This document shows, in pieces, positions 26,862 to 35,772 of a stretch of 64,000 nt of DNA; positions within the stretch are counted from its first letter, which is position 1; the number at the start of each line of letters is the position of its first letter. Source of the DNA: Anaerolineales bacterium (GTDB taxonomy: Bacteria; Chloroflexota; Anaerolineae; Anaerolineales; UBA4823). The notes under the pieces are model-generated. The model was not told the origin of the DNA, ran no database searches, and was given only the letters and a program-made list of their open reading frames with translations. The stretch covers positions 10,350 through 74,349 of the forward strand of contig DAOQUL010000003.1 of NCBI GenBank assembly GCA_035341015.1, in the 5' to 3' direction. The position numbers were made by a program, and so were the translations under genes.

Positions 26862-27656
26862 ATGCGCGTCATCACCTTGATAACTGATTTTGGGCTCAAA
26901 GACGGTAACGTCGGCGTAATGAAAGGGGTCATCTGGGGGATTGCCCCGCGCGCCCAAATTGCAGATATCAGCCATTTGATCACCCCGCAAAATGTACCTG
27001 AGGCAGCCCTGGTCTTGCTGCGCTCGGCTCTTTACTTTCCTCCTGAGACCATTCACCTTGTGGTGGTTGACCCCGGCGTGGGCACGGCGCGGCGCGCCAT
27101 GGCGGCGCAGGTGGGGCCTTATTATTACGTGGGGCCAGATAACGGCACGCTGACCCTGTTATGGGAACGCGCCAGGCAGTTGAACTGGGCGTTGTCTTGC
27201 GTGCACCTGGATCAGAAGCAGTACTGGCTGCCAGAGGTGAGCCATGTGTTCCACGGGCGGGATATCTTTGCGCCGGTGGCGGCCCACCTGGCAAATGGAA
27301 CAGCGTTAAGCGAGCTGGGGAGGCATTTTGACGATCCCGTGCTGCTGGACCTGCCGCCGCCGCAGCGCACTGCCCAGGGTTGGCGCGGCGAGGTGATCCA
27401 TGTGGATCATTTTGGCAATCTTGCCACCAATATCCGGCTTGAGCACCTGGGGCAGGCAGAGAACGTGGTGCTGCGCCTGGCAGGTGTGGAAGTGGATGGA
27501 TTGGTGCAAACGTTTGGGGATCGCCCGCCGGGCAGCCTGGTGGCTTTGTATGGCAGCACGGGCAGCCTGCTGGTCTGCATGGTCAATGGGAATGCGGCAG
27601 AACATTTGCGGGCGGGCCCGGGTGCGGTGGTAGAAGTGATCCTACAAAAGACATAA
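26862..27656 (+). CDS. SAM hydrolase / SAM hydroxide adenosyltransferase family (DUF62)
   Basis: ITLITDFGLKDGNVGVMKGVI N-terminus, DPGVGT, and VDHFGNLATN motifs. GGAGG Shine-Dalgarno sequence. Confidence 0.8.
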   Translation: MRVITLITDFGLKDGNVGVMKGVIWGIAPRAQIADISHLITPQNVPEAALVLLRSALYFPPETIHLVVVDPGVGTARRAMAAQVGPYYYVGPDNGTLTLLWERARQLNWALSCVHLDQKQYWLPEVSHVFHGRDIFAPVAAHLANGTALSELGRHFDDPVLLDLPPPQRTAQGWRGEVIHVDHFGNLATNIRLEHLGQAENVVLRLAGVEVDGLVQTFGDRPPGSLVALYGSTGSLLVCMVNGNAAEHLRAGPGAVVEVILQKT

Positions 27657-27700
27657 CGACCAAGGTCGTTTCAGATTGAGATTAGATAAGGAGAATGAAA

Positions 27701-29038
27701 ATGGATAAGAAAGCTTTGTTGGCGCGAGTGAAAGAAGACGGCGTTAAGTTCATTTCGCTACAGTTTACCGATGTCACCGGAACGGTCAAAAGCCTGGATA
27801 TCCCCCTGGAACGGCTGGAAACAGCCCTGGACGATGGGATCTGGTTCGATGGCTCGTCGGTGGAAGGGTTCGCCCGCATCCAGGAAAGCGATATGCGCCT
27901 GGTATTGGATATGAACACCTATGCTGTGCTGCCCTGGACGCCGGCTGAGATGCGCCGGGCGCGCATCTTCTGCGATATCTACCAGACAGATACCCAGCCT
28001 TTCCTGGGTGATCCGCGCGGGACGCTCAAGCGCATGCTGCAGCGGGTAAGCGAACGCGGCTGGAAGTTCAACGTGGGGCCGGAACCGGAATTCTTCTTGT
28101 TCCGCCGCAACGGGCCCGATAGTGTTCACCCGGTGCCGCACGATATTGGCAGTTACTTCGATTTCTCGGCCAATGACGACGCGGTGCGGGTGCGCACCGA
28201 GCTGATGGATGCCCTGGCGAGCATGGGTCTGGAAGTGGAGATGGGCCATCACGAGGTGGCGATCGGGCAGCACGAGATCGACTTCCGCTTCGATGATGCC
28301 CTGCGCACGGCAGACAATGTGCTCACCTTGAAGTACACCGTCAAGGCCATTGCGGCGCAGCACGGGCTGATCGCGTCTTTCATGCCCAAGCCGATCTTCG
28401 GCATCAACGGTTCTGGTATGCACTGCCACCAATCCCTGTTCGATGCCCAGGGCAAGAATTTGTTCCACGACGCCAAAGACGAGTTCTTGCTTTCGCCGGT
28501 GGCGTATCAATTCATTGCCGGTCAACTGCAGCATGCCCGGGCGCTTTCGGCGGTGGTAGCGCCCTCGGTGAATTCGTACAAGCGCCTGGTGCCGGGTTAC
28601 GAGGCGCCGGTCTACATTGGCTGGGCGCAGGTCAACCGTTCGGCCTTGATCCGCATCCCGCGCGGCGGGCCCGCCCGCGAGAAGGCCACTCGGGCCGAGC
28701 TGCGCTGCCCGGATCCGGCGGCCAACCCGTACCTGGCCTTTGCGGCTATGCTGGGGGCGGCCCTGGATGGGATCGACCGCAAGCTGGAATGCCCCAAGCC
28801 GTTGAACAACATCAACGTCTATCACCTGACCCCGGTGGAGCGGCAGGCACTGGGCGTGACCGAGCTGCCCGGTTCTTTGGCTGAGGCGCTGCGCGAGCTG
28901 GATAAGGATGAGGTGCTCAAAGAGGCTTTGGGGCCGGTGGTTTACGAGGCCTTCCAGCGCGCCAAGTGGGCCGAGGTGGAAGAATCCCGCATGCGGGTGA
29001 CGGATTGGGAATTGGAACGCTATCTCGAGACGATCTAA
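27701..29038 (+). CDS. glnA: Glutamine synthetase, type I (short form)
   Basis: KFISLQFTDVTG, GPEPEFF, HHEVA.GQHEIDF, GSGMHCHQSL, NSYKRLVPGYEAP and RIP motifs. AAGGAG at 27688-27693 favours ATG 27701 over 27695. Confidence 0.9.
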   Translation: MDKKALLARVKEDGVKFISLQFTDVTGTVKSLDIPLERLETALDDGIWFDGSSVEGFARIQESDMRLVLDMNTYAVLPWTPAEMRRARIFCDIYQTDTQPFLGDPRGTLKRMLQRVSERGWKFNVGPEPEFFLFRRNGPDSVHPVPHDIGSYFDFSANDDAVRVRTELMDALASMGLEVEMGHHEVAIGQHEIDFRFDDALRTADNVLTLKYTVKAIAAQHGLIASFMPKPIFGINGSGMHCHQSLFDAQGKNLFHDAKDEFLLSPVAYQFIAGQLQHARALSAVVAPSVNSYKRLVPGYEAPVYIGWAQVNRSALIRIPRGGPAREKATRAELRCPDPAANPYLAFAAMLGAALDGIDRKLECPKPLNNINVYHLTPVERQALGVTELPGSLAEALRELDKDEVLKEALGPVVYEAFQRAKWAEVEESRMRVTDWELERYLETI

Positions 29039-29079
29039 GCGTATTGGGAATCAGTAAGGCCGCGCAAGCGGCGCGAGAA

Positions 29080-29112
29080 GTGCGAAGGCGGGGGGCTTTC
29101 GCACTTTTTGTT
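29080..29112 (+). terminator. Rho-independent terminator of glnA
   Basis: Stem GTGCGAA / TTCGCAC (29080-29086 and 29098-29104) followed by TTTTTGTT. Confidence 0.7.
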
Positions 29113-29198
29113 ATGCAGGGTTGTAATGCATAATGCAAGGGCGCGAAGAAGGGTGTACGCTGAAATGTAATGCAGAAGCTTAACGCAAGGGCGCAAAG
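29111..29198 (+). repeat. Cluster of short direct and inverted repeats built on a TAATGCA core
   Basis: TGTAATGCA occurs at 29122-29130 and 29166-29174. TAATGCAAGGGCGCGAAG (29131-29148) and TAACGCAAGGGCGCAAAG (29181-29198) match at 16 of 18 positions. TTATGCA (29111-29117) and TGCATAA (29127-29133) form a palindrome. Confidence 0.6.
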
Positions 29199-29204
29199 GG
29201 CTCA

Positions 29205-29213
29205 TGGTAGAAT
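29205..29213 (+). promoter_or_regulatory. Candidate extended -10 element (TGGTAGAAT) upstream of the RidA gene
   Basis: TGnTAnAAT pattern directly downstream of the repeat cluster. No clear -35 element. Confidence 0.3.
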
Positions 29214-29320
29214 TTGGTTGAGTTTGGATAATGCCAGATCGTTTCTGTTTGCCGCACCCGCCTTCTGTCAGGCTATAGATGGGCCCGCAATCGATGTTTG
29301 ATATGGGATTGAGAAATACT

Positions 29321-29716
29321 ATGGATATTAAAATAGAGACTTACACACCACCCAATACACCACAACCTATTGGACCTTACAGTCATATCACAAAGGTCGG
29401 TCAATTCATCACTATTGGCGGAACTGCTGGGGTTGACCCAGCTACTGGCCAGCTTGCCGGAGCAGATATCTACTCCCAAACAAAGCAAATCCTGGAGTCA
29501 TTTCAAGTAATGTTGCAGTATGTGAACTCGGGTTTAGATCATATTCTCCACGTAAACATTTTCTTGCAGGACATGCGGGATTTCGAGGAGATGAACCGTG
29601 CCTATATTGATATGATGGGAGAGCATCGCCCTGCACGAACTGTGATTGGAGTCAATGAACTCCCGAAACCGGGTGTTCTCCTTACGATGAATCTGACAGC
29701 AGTAATCAAAGGATAG
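29321..29716 (+). CDS. RidA/YjgF-family reactive-intermediate deaminase
   Basis: PIGPYSH...GQ.I...GQ.GVDP.TG motif and C-terminal ARTVIGV..LP.....MNLTA. Visibly lower GC than the flanks. ATG 29321 gives a typical 131-aa length. Confidence 0.8.
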   Translation: MDIKIETYTPPNTPQPIGPYSHITKVGQFITIGGTAGVDPATGQLAGADIYSQTKQILESFQVMLQYVNSGLDHILHVNIFLQDMRDFEEMNRAYIDMMGEHRPARTVIGVNELPKPGVLLTMNLTAVIKG

Positions 29717-29738
29717 TGCTTTCGGTAAGTTACGATTA

Positions 29739-29902
29739 GCCTATCCCTTCACCTCTGACAGCAAAGATGCCACCGAGAATGTCATCACCCCCAGGTTGTG
29801 CCCGGCTATCCGTTTACGCCTCAGGGCCAGATGCGCATGCTGGCAGATGTGATGCGCATGGCGCGTAGTGTGCCAAACGGGCGCTGCCTGGGCGTCTTCT
29901 GA
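29739..29902 (+). pseudogene. Decayed C-terminal remnant of a GH53 (arabinogalactan endo-beta-1,4-galactanase)-like gene
   Basis: The remnant reads in two frames. AYPFTSDSKDATENVITP starts at 29739. PGYPFTPQGQMRMLADVMRMARSVPNGRCLGVF is in the 29771 frame and stops at 29900-29902. Together they follow the GH53 pattern ETxYPxT..D.D...N ... YP.T.QGQ...L.D....V..VP.G.G.GVFYWEP as I recall it. The remnant is frameshifted, truncated before YWEP, and has no N-terminal part. Confidence 0.4.
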
Positions 29903-29949
29903 CTGTTCAAGCGGCCTTAATCGTCTTTCTATTCACGTGCAAATTGAGC

Positions 29950-30783
29950 TCAAGGTAATAAACCCAGGCCCTGGAGAATATCCAGGGCGATTTGTTTTGC
30001 TTCAACGCCGGTTGTCTTCTCGCCAGCGCTTCCGATGTTCATGGCGAAGAAGTAGACGTTGTCATTTTTCTCTACATAACCGATAAACCAACTGATGGAT
30101 ACCCCATCCACTTCTCCTGAGCCGGTCTTCCCGCTCAATTGGTAGGCATCTGTGGTTTCCAACAGCAGGATTTCCTTGACGATGCTCATCGACCGCTCAG
30201 AGAAAGGCAGTTCATCCTGGTACAGGCGCTGCAGCAGCTCAATCTGCTCATCGGCAGAGATCCTTAACCCGCCTGCCAGCCAAAACAGGTCGGCCGGGCC
30301 GGAGATATCCTGGTTCCCATAGCCCATCAGGTCTATATAATATTGTTCCTTCTCAATGCCCACCCGCCGGGCCAGCTCCTGGTAATACCAGACGACAGAA
30401 TTCTGGATGGCCGTCTTCAGCGAATGATCTTGATTCCATGCTGGGGTGTCATATGCTGTGCCATCCCATTCGATGACGTAGTTTTCATCAGGGATAACGC
30501 CGGTTTCCAGCCCAATCAACGAATTGATGATCTTGTACGTGGAAGCAGGCAGGAATCTTTCGGCGCACCGGTCGGGGTTATAACGGAGGTACTGCTTATC
30601 GTTGCGGTTGTACAGTACAAATGCACCTGTGAAACCACGAAAATAGGATTCTAGCTCTGGCTTCAATTCCACACCCGGCGTGATGGTTGGCTGTGAAGTT
30701 GGCGTGAAAGAAGCTTTGGCACAGCCGGCCAAAAGCGTGCCCGCCAGAATGAGGCTGATCCAGAAACGTATTTGAGTATTCAT
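29950..30783 (-). CDS. Class D (OXA-family) beta-lactamase, lipoprotein form
   Basis: Lipobox LLAGC (Cys21). Active-site motif STYK (PASTYKIINSLIG, nt 30532-30543), SVV (NSVVWYYQELARRVG), YGNQDISG, FWLAGGLRISADEQIELL and KTGSG. There is no N-terminal M56/BlaR1 membrane domain. Confidence 0.85.
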   Translation of the reverse strand: MNTQIRFWISLILAGTLLAGCAKASFTPTSQPTITPGVELKPELESYFRGFTGAFVLYNRNDKQYLRYNPDRCAERFLPASTYKIINSLIGLETGVIPDENYVIEWDGTAYDTPAWNQDHSLKTAIQNSVVWYYQELARRVGIEKEQYYIDLMGYGNQDISGPADLFWLAGGLRISADEQIELLQRLYQDELPFSERSMSIVKEILLLETTDAYQLSGKTGSGEVDGVSISWFIGYVEKNDNVYFFAMNIGSAGEKTTGVEAKQIALDILQGLGLLP

Positions 30784-30795
30784 CTTGCTAAGCGA

Positions 30796-31269
30796 TCACT
30801 CAATAATCGCCAGAACCTGGCGCATTTCGACGGTATCACCTTTCTTGACGGTGATTTCTTTGATCACGCCTGACTTCTTGGCATGCAGCTCATTTTGCAT
30901 CTTCATGGCTTCCAAGACGATGACCACGTCGCCGGCCTGAACCGGGTCTCCTACTTCCTTGTTGACCTTGATGATCAGGCCAGGCATGACGGCGGTAATG
31001 GCCCCGGCCTCATCCGCGGCAGCCGCGGCGGCCTTGCGCGCCCTGGTGGGTTTAGGTTCTTCCAGCCCATAGGTCTCAATCTTGTAGGCGATCCCGTCCA
31101 CGGTGGCTGCATCGCCGCGCACTTCCACCTGGTGTGGGTTACCTCCCACATTGATGGCGGTACCGCTGAGACCCCACGGGAACTCCTGGCCATTGACCAG
31201 GATCAGCTCGCCCTTGCGCTCGATCTCATAGGGCACGCCTTCCAAAGTTAGCTTGAATTTGTTGATCAT
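30796..31269 (-). CDS. Biotin carboxyl carrier subunit (transcarboxylase 1.3S-like)
   Basis: C-terminal biotinyl domain with VLEAMKMQNELHA. The stop-start overlaps the upstream 5S gene (31266-31269). Confidence 0.85.
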   Translation of the reverse strand: MINKFKLTLEGVPYEIERKGELILVNGQEFPWGLSGTAINVGGNPHQVEVRGDAATVDGIAYKIETYGLEEPKPTRARKAAAAAADEAGAITAVMPGLIIKVNKEVGDPVQAGDVVIVLEAMKMQNELHAKKSGVIKEITVKKGDTVEMRQVLAIIE

Positions 31270-32765
31270 CGCCAGCCTCCCTGTCCGAACCGGCGGCCTG
31301 AAATCTTCCAGGGTGAGACACCAACCGCCGGCCCGGCAGCCGCCTTGATGGCTTTGAGGGTTTCCTTTTCTTCTTGCTGCTTAAAGATAGCCACTGCGAT
31401 TGCCGCGGCGGTTTCTTCCTTCCCGCCGAGGCCCTTGGCTCGTCGTTCAAGGAAGGGCCGCGCGATCTGCGGGAACAGGGCATAGGAGATGACATCCTCC
31501 TCGGATTTCGCCAGCTCGCCGATTTCATTCTTGGCCTTTTCCCAGCCCGGGCTGAGCATATCGGCTGGCCGGCAGGTGATGGGCTGTTCATCGCCGATGG
31601 CCTTACGTTGGACTTCGGGATCGATGGGCGCAGGCGCCTTGCCATAGTAACCGCGAATGTATTGTTTGACTTCCTCAGGGATGACCTTATAACGCTCACC
31701 CATCAGCACATTGAAGGTGGCCTGGGTGCCCACGATCTGGCTGGAGGGTGTGACCAGAGGGGGATAGCCCAGCTCTTTACGCACGCGCGGGATTTCATCC
31801 AGCACGTCATAGTATTTATCCATCGCATTTTGCTGGCGCAGTTGGCTTACCAGGTTCGAGAGCATGCCGCCCGGCACCTGGAACTGGAGCACATTCACAT
31901 CCACCGCGGCCACGCCAGCCTCGAAAGCCGCATATTTTTTGCGGATATCGGTCATGCTGCGCGAGATTTCTGCCAGCGCGCCCAGGTCAAGCCCGGTATC
32001 GTATTCGGTTCCCTTGAGAATAGCCACCAGCGTTTCGGTGGGGGGCTGGGAGGTGGAGAGGGACATGGATGAGATGGCGGTGTCGATCACATCCACGCCG
32101 GCTTCCACGGCTTTGAGCAATACGGCTGTGCCCATACCGCTGGTGTAGTGGGTGTGCAACTGCACCGGCAGGCCCACTTCTTTCTTGAGCGCTGCCACCA
32201 GCTCATAGGCCGCGTACGGGGTGATCAACCCGGCCATATCCTTGATGCAGATCGAATCGGCTCCCAGGTTGGCCAGGTCTTTCCCCATCTGGACGAAAGT
32301 CGAGATCTCGTGTACCGGGCTGATGGTGTAACTGATGGCGCCTTGCACATGCCCGCCAACCTGCTTGGCATATTTCATGGCTGGCGCCATATTGCGCAGA
32401 TCATTCAGCGCATCAAAGATGCGGAACACATCCAGTCCATTGCGCCGCGTGGCGGCGATGAAGTGCTCCAGAATATCGTCGGGGTAGTGTTTGTACCCAA
32501 CCACATTCTGCCCGCGCAGCAGCATTTGCAGGCGTGTGTTGGGCATCAGCTTGCGCAGGGTGCGCAGGCGTTCCCAGGGGTCTTCGCCCAAGAAACGCAT
32601 GGCGCTGTCGAAGGTGGCCCCGCCCCAGACCTCTGCTGACCAGTAGCCAATCTTATCCATTTGCTGGGCAATACGGGTCATATCTTCGGTGCGCATGCGT
32701 GTGGCAAGCAGGGACTGGTGGGCATCGCGCAAGATCGTATCGCAAATCATTACTTTATTGGGCAT
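31266..32765 (-). CDS. Carboxyltransferase 5S subunit (oxaloacetate decarboxylase alpha / pyruvate carboxylase B-like, without its own biotinyl domain)
   Basis: ICDTILRDAHQSLLATRMRTEDM, LEVWGGATFD-type motif (AEVWGGATFDS), and HTHYTSGMG. 499 aa. Confidence 0.9.
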   Translation of the reverse strand: MPNKVMICDTILRDAHQSLLATRMRTEDMTRIAQQMDKIGYWSAEVWGGATFDSAMRFLGEDPWERLRTLRKLMPNTRLQMLLRGQNVVGYKHYPDDILEHFIAATRRNGLDVFRIFDALNDLRNMAPAMKYAKQVGGHVQGAISYTISPVHEISTFVQMGKDLANLGADSICIKDMAGLITPYAAYELVAALKKEVGLPVQLHTHYTSGMGTAVLLKAVEAGVDVIDTAISSMSLSTSQPPTETLVAILKGTEYDTGLDLGALAEISRSMTDIRKKYAAFEAGVAAVDVNVLQFQVPGGMLSNLVSQLRQQNAMDKYYDVLDEIPRVRKELGYPPLVTPSSQIVGTQATFNVLMGERYKVIPEEVKQYIRGYYGKAPAPIDPEVQRKAIGDEQPITCRPADMLSPGWEKAKNEIGELAKSEEDVISYALFPQIARPFLERRAKGLGGKEETAAAIAVAIFKQQEEKETLKAIKAAAGPAVGVSPWKISGRRFGQGGWR

Positions 32766-32770
32766 GGCGA

Positions 32771-33109
32771 TTACCCTCCCAATTCCATATCGTGAACCTG
32801 GAACATTTCCTTCGGTTTGAACATCAGGACCAGGGCGCCGTTCTGTGATTTAGGATTGTGCGTGGTGTAAGCGCGTACCACGACGGTGTCGTGCTTTTTC
32901 AGGACAGCAGTTGGCTGGTTATGGAATTCGATTTGGACCTCACCCTCCAACACAATGTACATTTCATCCTGGGTGTGCCGGTGCCAGTGGCTTTCGCCTT
33001 TGAATTGTAACAGGTAGGCTGCGTGATCGTTGACCTGTCCAACTTCCAGGTGCATGAAGGGGACGGTCAAAAGATTGGCTAATTCGTCAATCGAAACGAT
33101 ACTCGACAT
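32771..33109 (-). CDS. Cupin-domain protein
   Basis: GESHWHRHTQDEMYIVLEG...H cupin motifs. AAGGAG Shine-Dalgarno sequence before ATG 33109; the ORF track start at 33184 is rejected. Confidence 0.7.
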   Translation of the reverse strand: MSSIVSIDELANLLTVPFMHLEVGQVNDHAAYLLQFKGESHWHRHTQDEMYIVLEGEVQIEFHNQPTAVLKKHDTVVVRAYTTHNPKSQNGALVLMFKPKEMFQVHDMELGG

Positions 33110-33206
33110 GGTAGGCTCCTTATTTGATGAATCATCGTTCGCGTGGCGGGCGCAGCTTGCGGCGGATTGACGGGATGCGGGCAATGCACAACTGCGCCCC
33201 TACACT

Positions 33207-34757
33207 TTACAGGGGAATATTGCCATGCTTCTTGGGTGGGTTGGCGTCGCGCTTGTTTTGTAAGATGCCCAAAGCCCGGGCCAGCCGTGGGCGGGTCTCG
33301 AGCGGCTCGATGACATCATCGATATACCCTCGCGAGGCAGCCACGTAGGGGTTGGAAAACTTGTCGGTATATTCCTTGATCAACCCGGCGCGTTTGGCGG
33401 CCGGATCGTCTGCCTTCTTGATCTCATCCCTGAAAACGATATTGACCGCGCCATCTGAGCCCATTACGGCGATTTCAGCGCCAGGCCAGGCTGCTACGTA
33501 ATCGCCGCGGATATGCTTGCTGTTCATCACGCAGTATGCGCCGCCATAGGCCTTGCGGGTGATCACGGTCAGCTTGGGGACGGTAGCCTCGCAGAAGGCG
33601 TACAGCAGCTTGGCCCCATGTGCAATGATGCCGCCGTGTTCCTGGTCTACCCCTGGCAAGAAGCCGGGAACATCTTCGAAGACCACCAGCGGGATGTTGA
33701 AACAATCGCAAAAGCGCACAAAACGAGCCCCTTTGATGGATGCCTTGATATCTAACACGCCTGCCAGCACCATGGGCTGGTTGGCGACAATGCCAATCGA
33801 ATGACCATCCAGCCGGGCGAAACCGACGACGATGTTCTGGGCATAGCCCTCCTGGATTTCGTAGAATTCGCCGTTATCCACCACCAATTGGATGACTTCC
33901 CGGATATCGTAGGGCTTGTTCGGCTCATCGGGCGCGATCTCATTGAGCTTCTTATCTGTGCGCTCAGCCGGGTCGCCTGTATCCAGGTGCGGCGGATCTT
34001 CCATGTTGTTGGATGGCAGGTAAGCCATCAATTGCCGAATGGACTCGAACATTTCATCTTCATCCTGGGCGATCACATGGCAAACACCGCTCTTACTGCC
34101 GTGCACCTTTGCGCCGCCCAGGTCATCCGATGTCACTTCCTGGCGGGTGACGGTCTTCACCACATCCGGGCCGGTGATGAACATGTAACTTGTGTTCTTG
34201 ACCATGAAGATAAAGTCAGTCAGAGCGGGGCTGTAAACAGCACCGCCCGCACACGGCCCAAGGATGGCACTGATCTGGGGCACCACGCCGGAGGCCAGCG
34301 TATTCTTCAAAAAGATATCGGCATACCCTCCCAGGCTGGCAACACCTTCTTGAATGCGCGCCCCGCCCGAGTCATTCAGGCCGATCAGCGGCACGCCGTT
34401 TTTCATTGCCAGGTCCATGATCTTGCATACTTTGGCGGCATGAACCTCGCCCAGCGTGCCGCCGATGACCGTAAAATCCTGGCTGAACACATACACCGGG
34501 CGCCCATCGATGGTGCCCGACCCTGTCACCACGCTGTCGGCAAGGTATTTCTTCTCGTCCATGTTGAAATCTGTGGTGCGGTGGGTGACAAACATATCCA
34601 GCTCGAGGAAAGAGCCTTTATCGAGCAGCTTCTCAATGCGCTCGCGGGCGGTCAGCTTGCCTTTGGCATGCTGGGCGTCAATGCGACCCTGTCCGCCGCC
34701 GAGCTGGGCCTCTTTTCTTAACTCATACAAGCGTTCGATTTTCGCTTGTGCCGTCAT
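33207..34757 (-). CDS. Acyl-CoA carboxyltransferase 12S subunit (methylmalonyl-CoA carboxyltransferase / propionyl-CoA carboxylase beta family)
   Basis: [62 protein letters not shown] and AYGGAYCVM motifs. Confidence 0.9.
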   Translation of the reverse strand: MTAQAKIERLYELRKEAQLGGGQGRIDAQHAKGKLTARERIEKLLDKGSFLELDMFVTHRTTDFNMDEKKYLADSVVTGSGTIDGRPVYVFSQDFTVIGGTLGEVHAAKVCKIMDLAMKNGVPLIGLNDSGGARIQEGVASLGGYADIFLKNTLASGVVPQISAILGPCAGGAVYSPALTDFIFMVKNTSYMFITGPDVVKTVTRQEVTSDDLGGAKVHGSKSGVCHVIAQDEDEMFESIRQLMAYLPSNNMEDPPHLDTGDPAERTDKKLNEIAPDEPNKPYDIREVIQLVVDNGEFYEIQEGYAQNIVVGFARLDGHSIGIVANQPMVLAGVLDIKASIKGARFVRFCDCFNIPLVVFEDVPGFLPGVDQEHGGIIAHGAKLLYAFCEATVPKLTVITRKAYGGAYCVMNSKHIRGDYVAAWPGAEIAVMGSDGAVNIVFRDEIKKADDPAAKRAGLIKEYTDKFSNPYVAASRGYIDDVIEPLETRPRLARALGILQNKRDANPPKKHGNIPL

Positions 34758-35037
34758 ATGGTCTCCTGTTTATGGTAGGATAAGGTGAGGGGAATAAGGG
34801 GAGTAATCGCAAAGCCGCCCATCCTGGACGCTAACTTCCATTCTAGCATTATTGATGTTGGAATGGAGGTGGATAAAAGTCATGAGATTGGGAGGATTGA
34901 TGGTTACCAGGCTAGACGGTGTGGATGGGCAGTATGCCTTACGACAGCGAGCCATTTCCCTTCACAGCGGCCAGAGCAACGGTGTTAAGGAGATGGCAAT
35001 CAGAATCATGTCCGCCTGGGCCGGCGCGATGCCCGGC

Positions 35038-35772
35038 TTAGCGCCTAAAAGGGTTGAAGTTGGTGTGGGTATCGTAGACATCCACACCCTCGCTGCGCTT
35101 GAGAGCGTGGACTGCCAGGTAGGTGAGGGGGGTCATGAGGGCTTCAACGGCGCATTTGAAAATGTAGTTGGTCAGCGCGAGGGTCAGGAAAAGGCTCCAG
35201 GGGAAGACGCCGAAGAGGCAGGCCACGGCCACGAAGACGGCCGAGTCGACCAGTTCGCCCACCAGGGTGCTGCCGATGGTGCGGGCCCACAGCCAGCGGC
35301 CGCGGGTAAGCACTTTCATGCGCGCCAGGGTGAAGGAATTGGAGAAAGAGCCGCTCCAGTAGCCTGCCAGGCTGCCGAGGACGATGCCGCCGCTGCTCAT
35401 GCCGCCCAGGATGGCGGTGTAGGCGGCCTGCCCGGCGTATTCTTGCCAGGTGGCTTCACCGGGCAAGATGCTCACCAGCCACAGCACCAGAGAGCTGAGC
35501 CCCAGGCAGAAGAAGCCGGTCCAGATCACGCGCCGGGCGCGGCGGTAGCCATAGACTTCGGTCAGGATGTCGCCGAAGATGTAGCTGATGGGGAAGAGCA
35601 GGGTGCCGCCATCGAAGGCCAGGCGCACACCCAAGAGGCTGAAGCCCAGGTCGATGATCTTGGCGGATGAAGCAACGTTGCTGATGATCAGCACCGCCAC
35701 AAAGACGGCCATCACCAGGTCGAAATAGCGCGGGGTGGTGTGGTTGGTCTGTGGGGGCAGATGTTGGCTCAT
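35038..35772 (-). CDS. yhhQ: Queuosine-precursor transporter (YhhQ / DUF165 family)
   Basis: Multi-TM protein with the hallmark FDGGTLLFPISYIFGDILTEVYGYRRARRVIW. ATG 35772 overlaps the ttuA stop (ATGA). Confidence 0.85.
   Translation of the reverse strand: MSQHLPPQTNHTTPRYFDLVMAVFVAVLIISNVASSAKIIDLGFSLLGVRLAFDGGTLLFPISYIFGDILTEVYGYRRARRVIWTGFFCLGLSSLVLWLVSILPGEATWQEYAGQAAYTAILGGMSSGGIVLGSLAGYWSGSFSNSFTLARMKVLTRGRWLWARTIGSTLVGELVDSAVFVAVACLFGVFPWSLFLTLALTNYIFKCAVEALMTPLTYLAVHALKRSEGVDVYDTHTNFNPFRR

Noticed and set aside
27758-28825. 355-aa minus-strand ORF overlapping glnA.
   Set aside because: It is antisense to a high-confidence glutamine synthetase. It has no Shine-Dalgarno sequence or recognisable motif, and its Arg/His/Gln-rich composition is typical of an artefact.
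29950-30783. The class D beta-lactamase-like gene considered as a BlaR1/MecR1 sensor domain.
   Set aside because: The protein is only 277 aa and has a lipoprotein signal peptide. It has no N-terminal M56 metalloprotease or TM region, and no blaI-like repressor gene is adjacent.
33801-34721. 306-aa plus-strand ORF overlapping the 12S carboxyltransferase. Comparable ORFs at 31374-32072 and 32148-32639 lie opposite the 5S subunit.
   Set aside because: It is antisense to genes with strong family motifs and has no independent coding signal.
30796-34757. The carboxyltransferase operon considered as a Na+-translocating methylmalonyl-CoA or oxaloacetate decarboxylase.
   Set aside because: The operon and its flanks contain no integral-membrane beta subunit and no small gamma/delta anchor gene.
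34758-35037. 280-nt intergenic region considered as a preQ1 or other riboswitch because yhhQ is adjacent.
   Set aside because: It lies downstream of yhhQ, not upstream. The yhhQ start overlaps the ttuA stop, leaving no 5' UTR. I could not recognise a known riboswitch core. The region is more likely the promoter and 5' UTR of the transcarboxylase operon.
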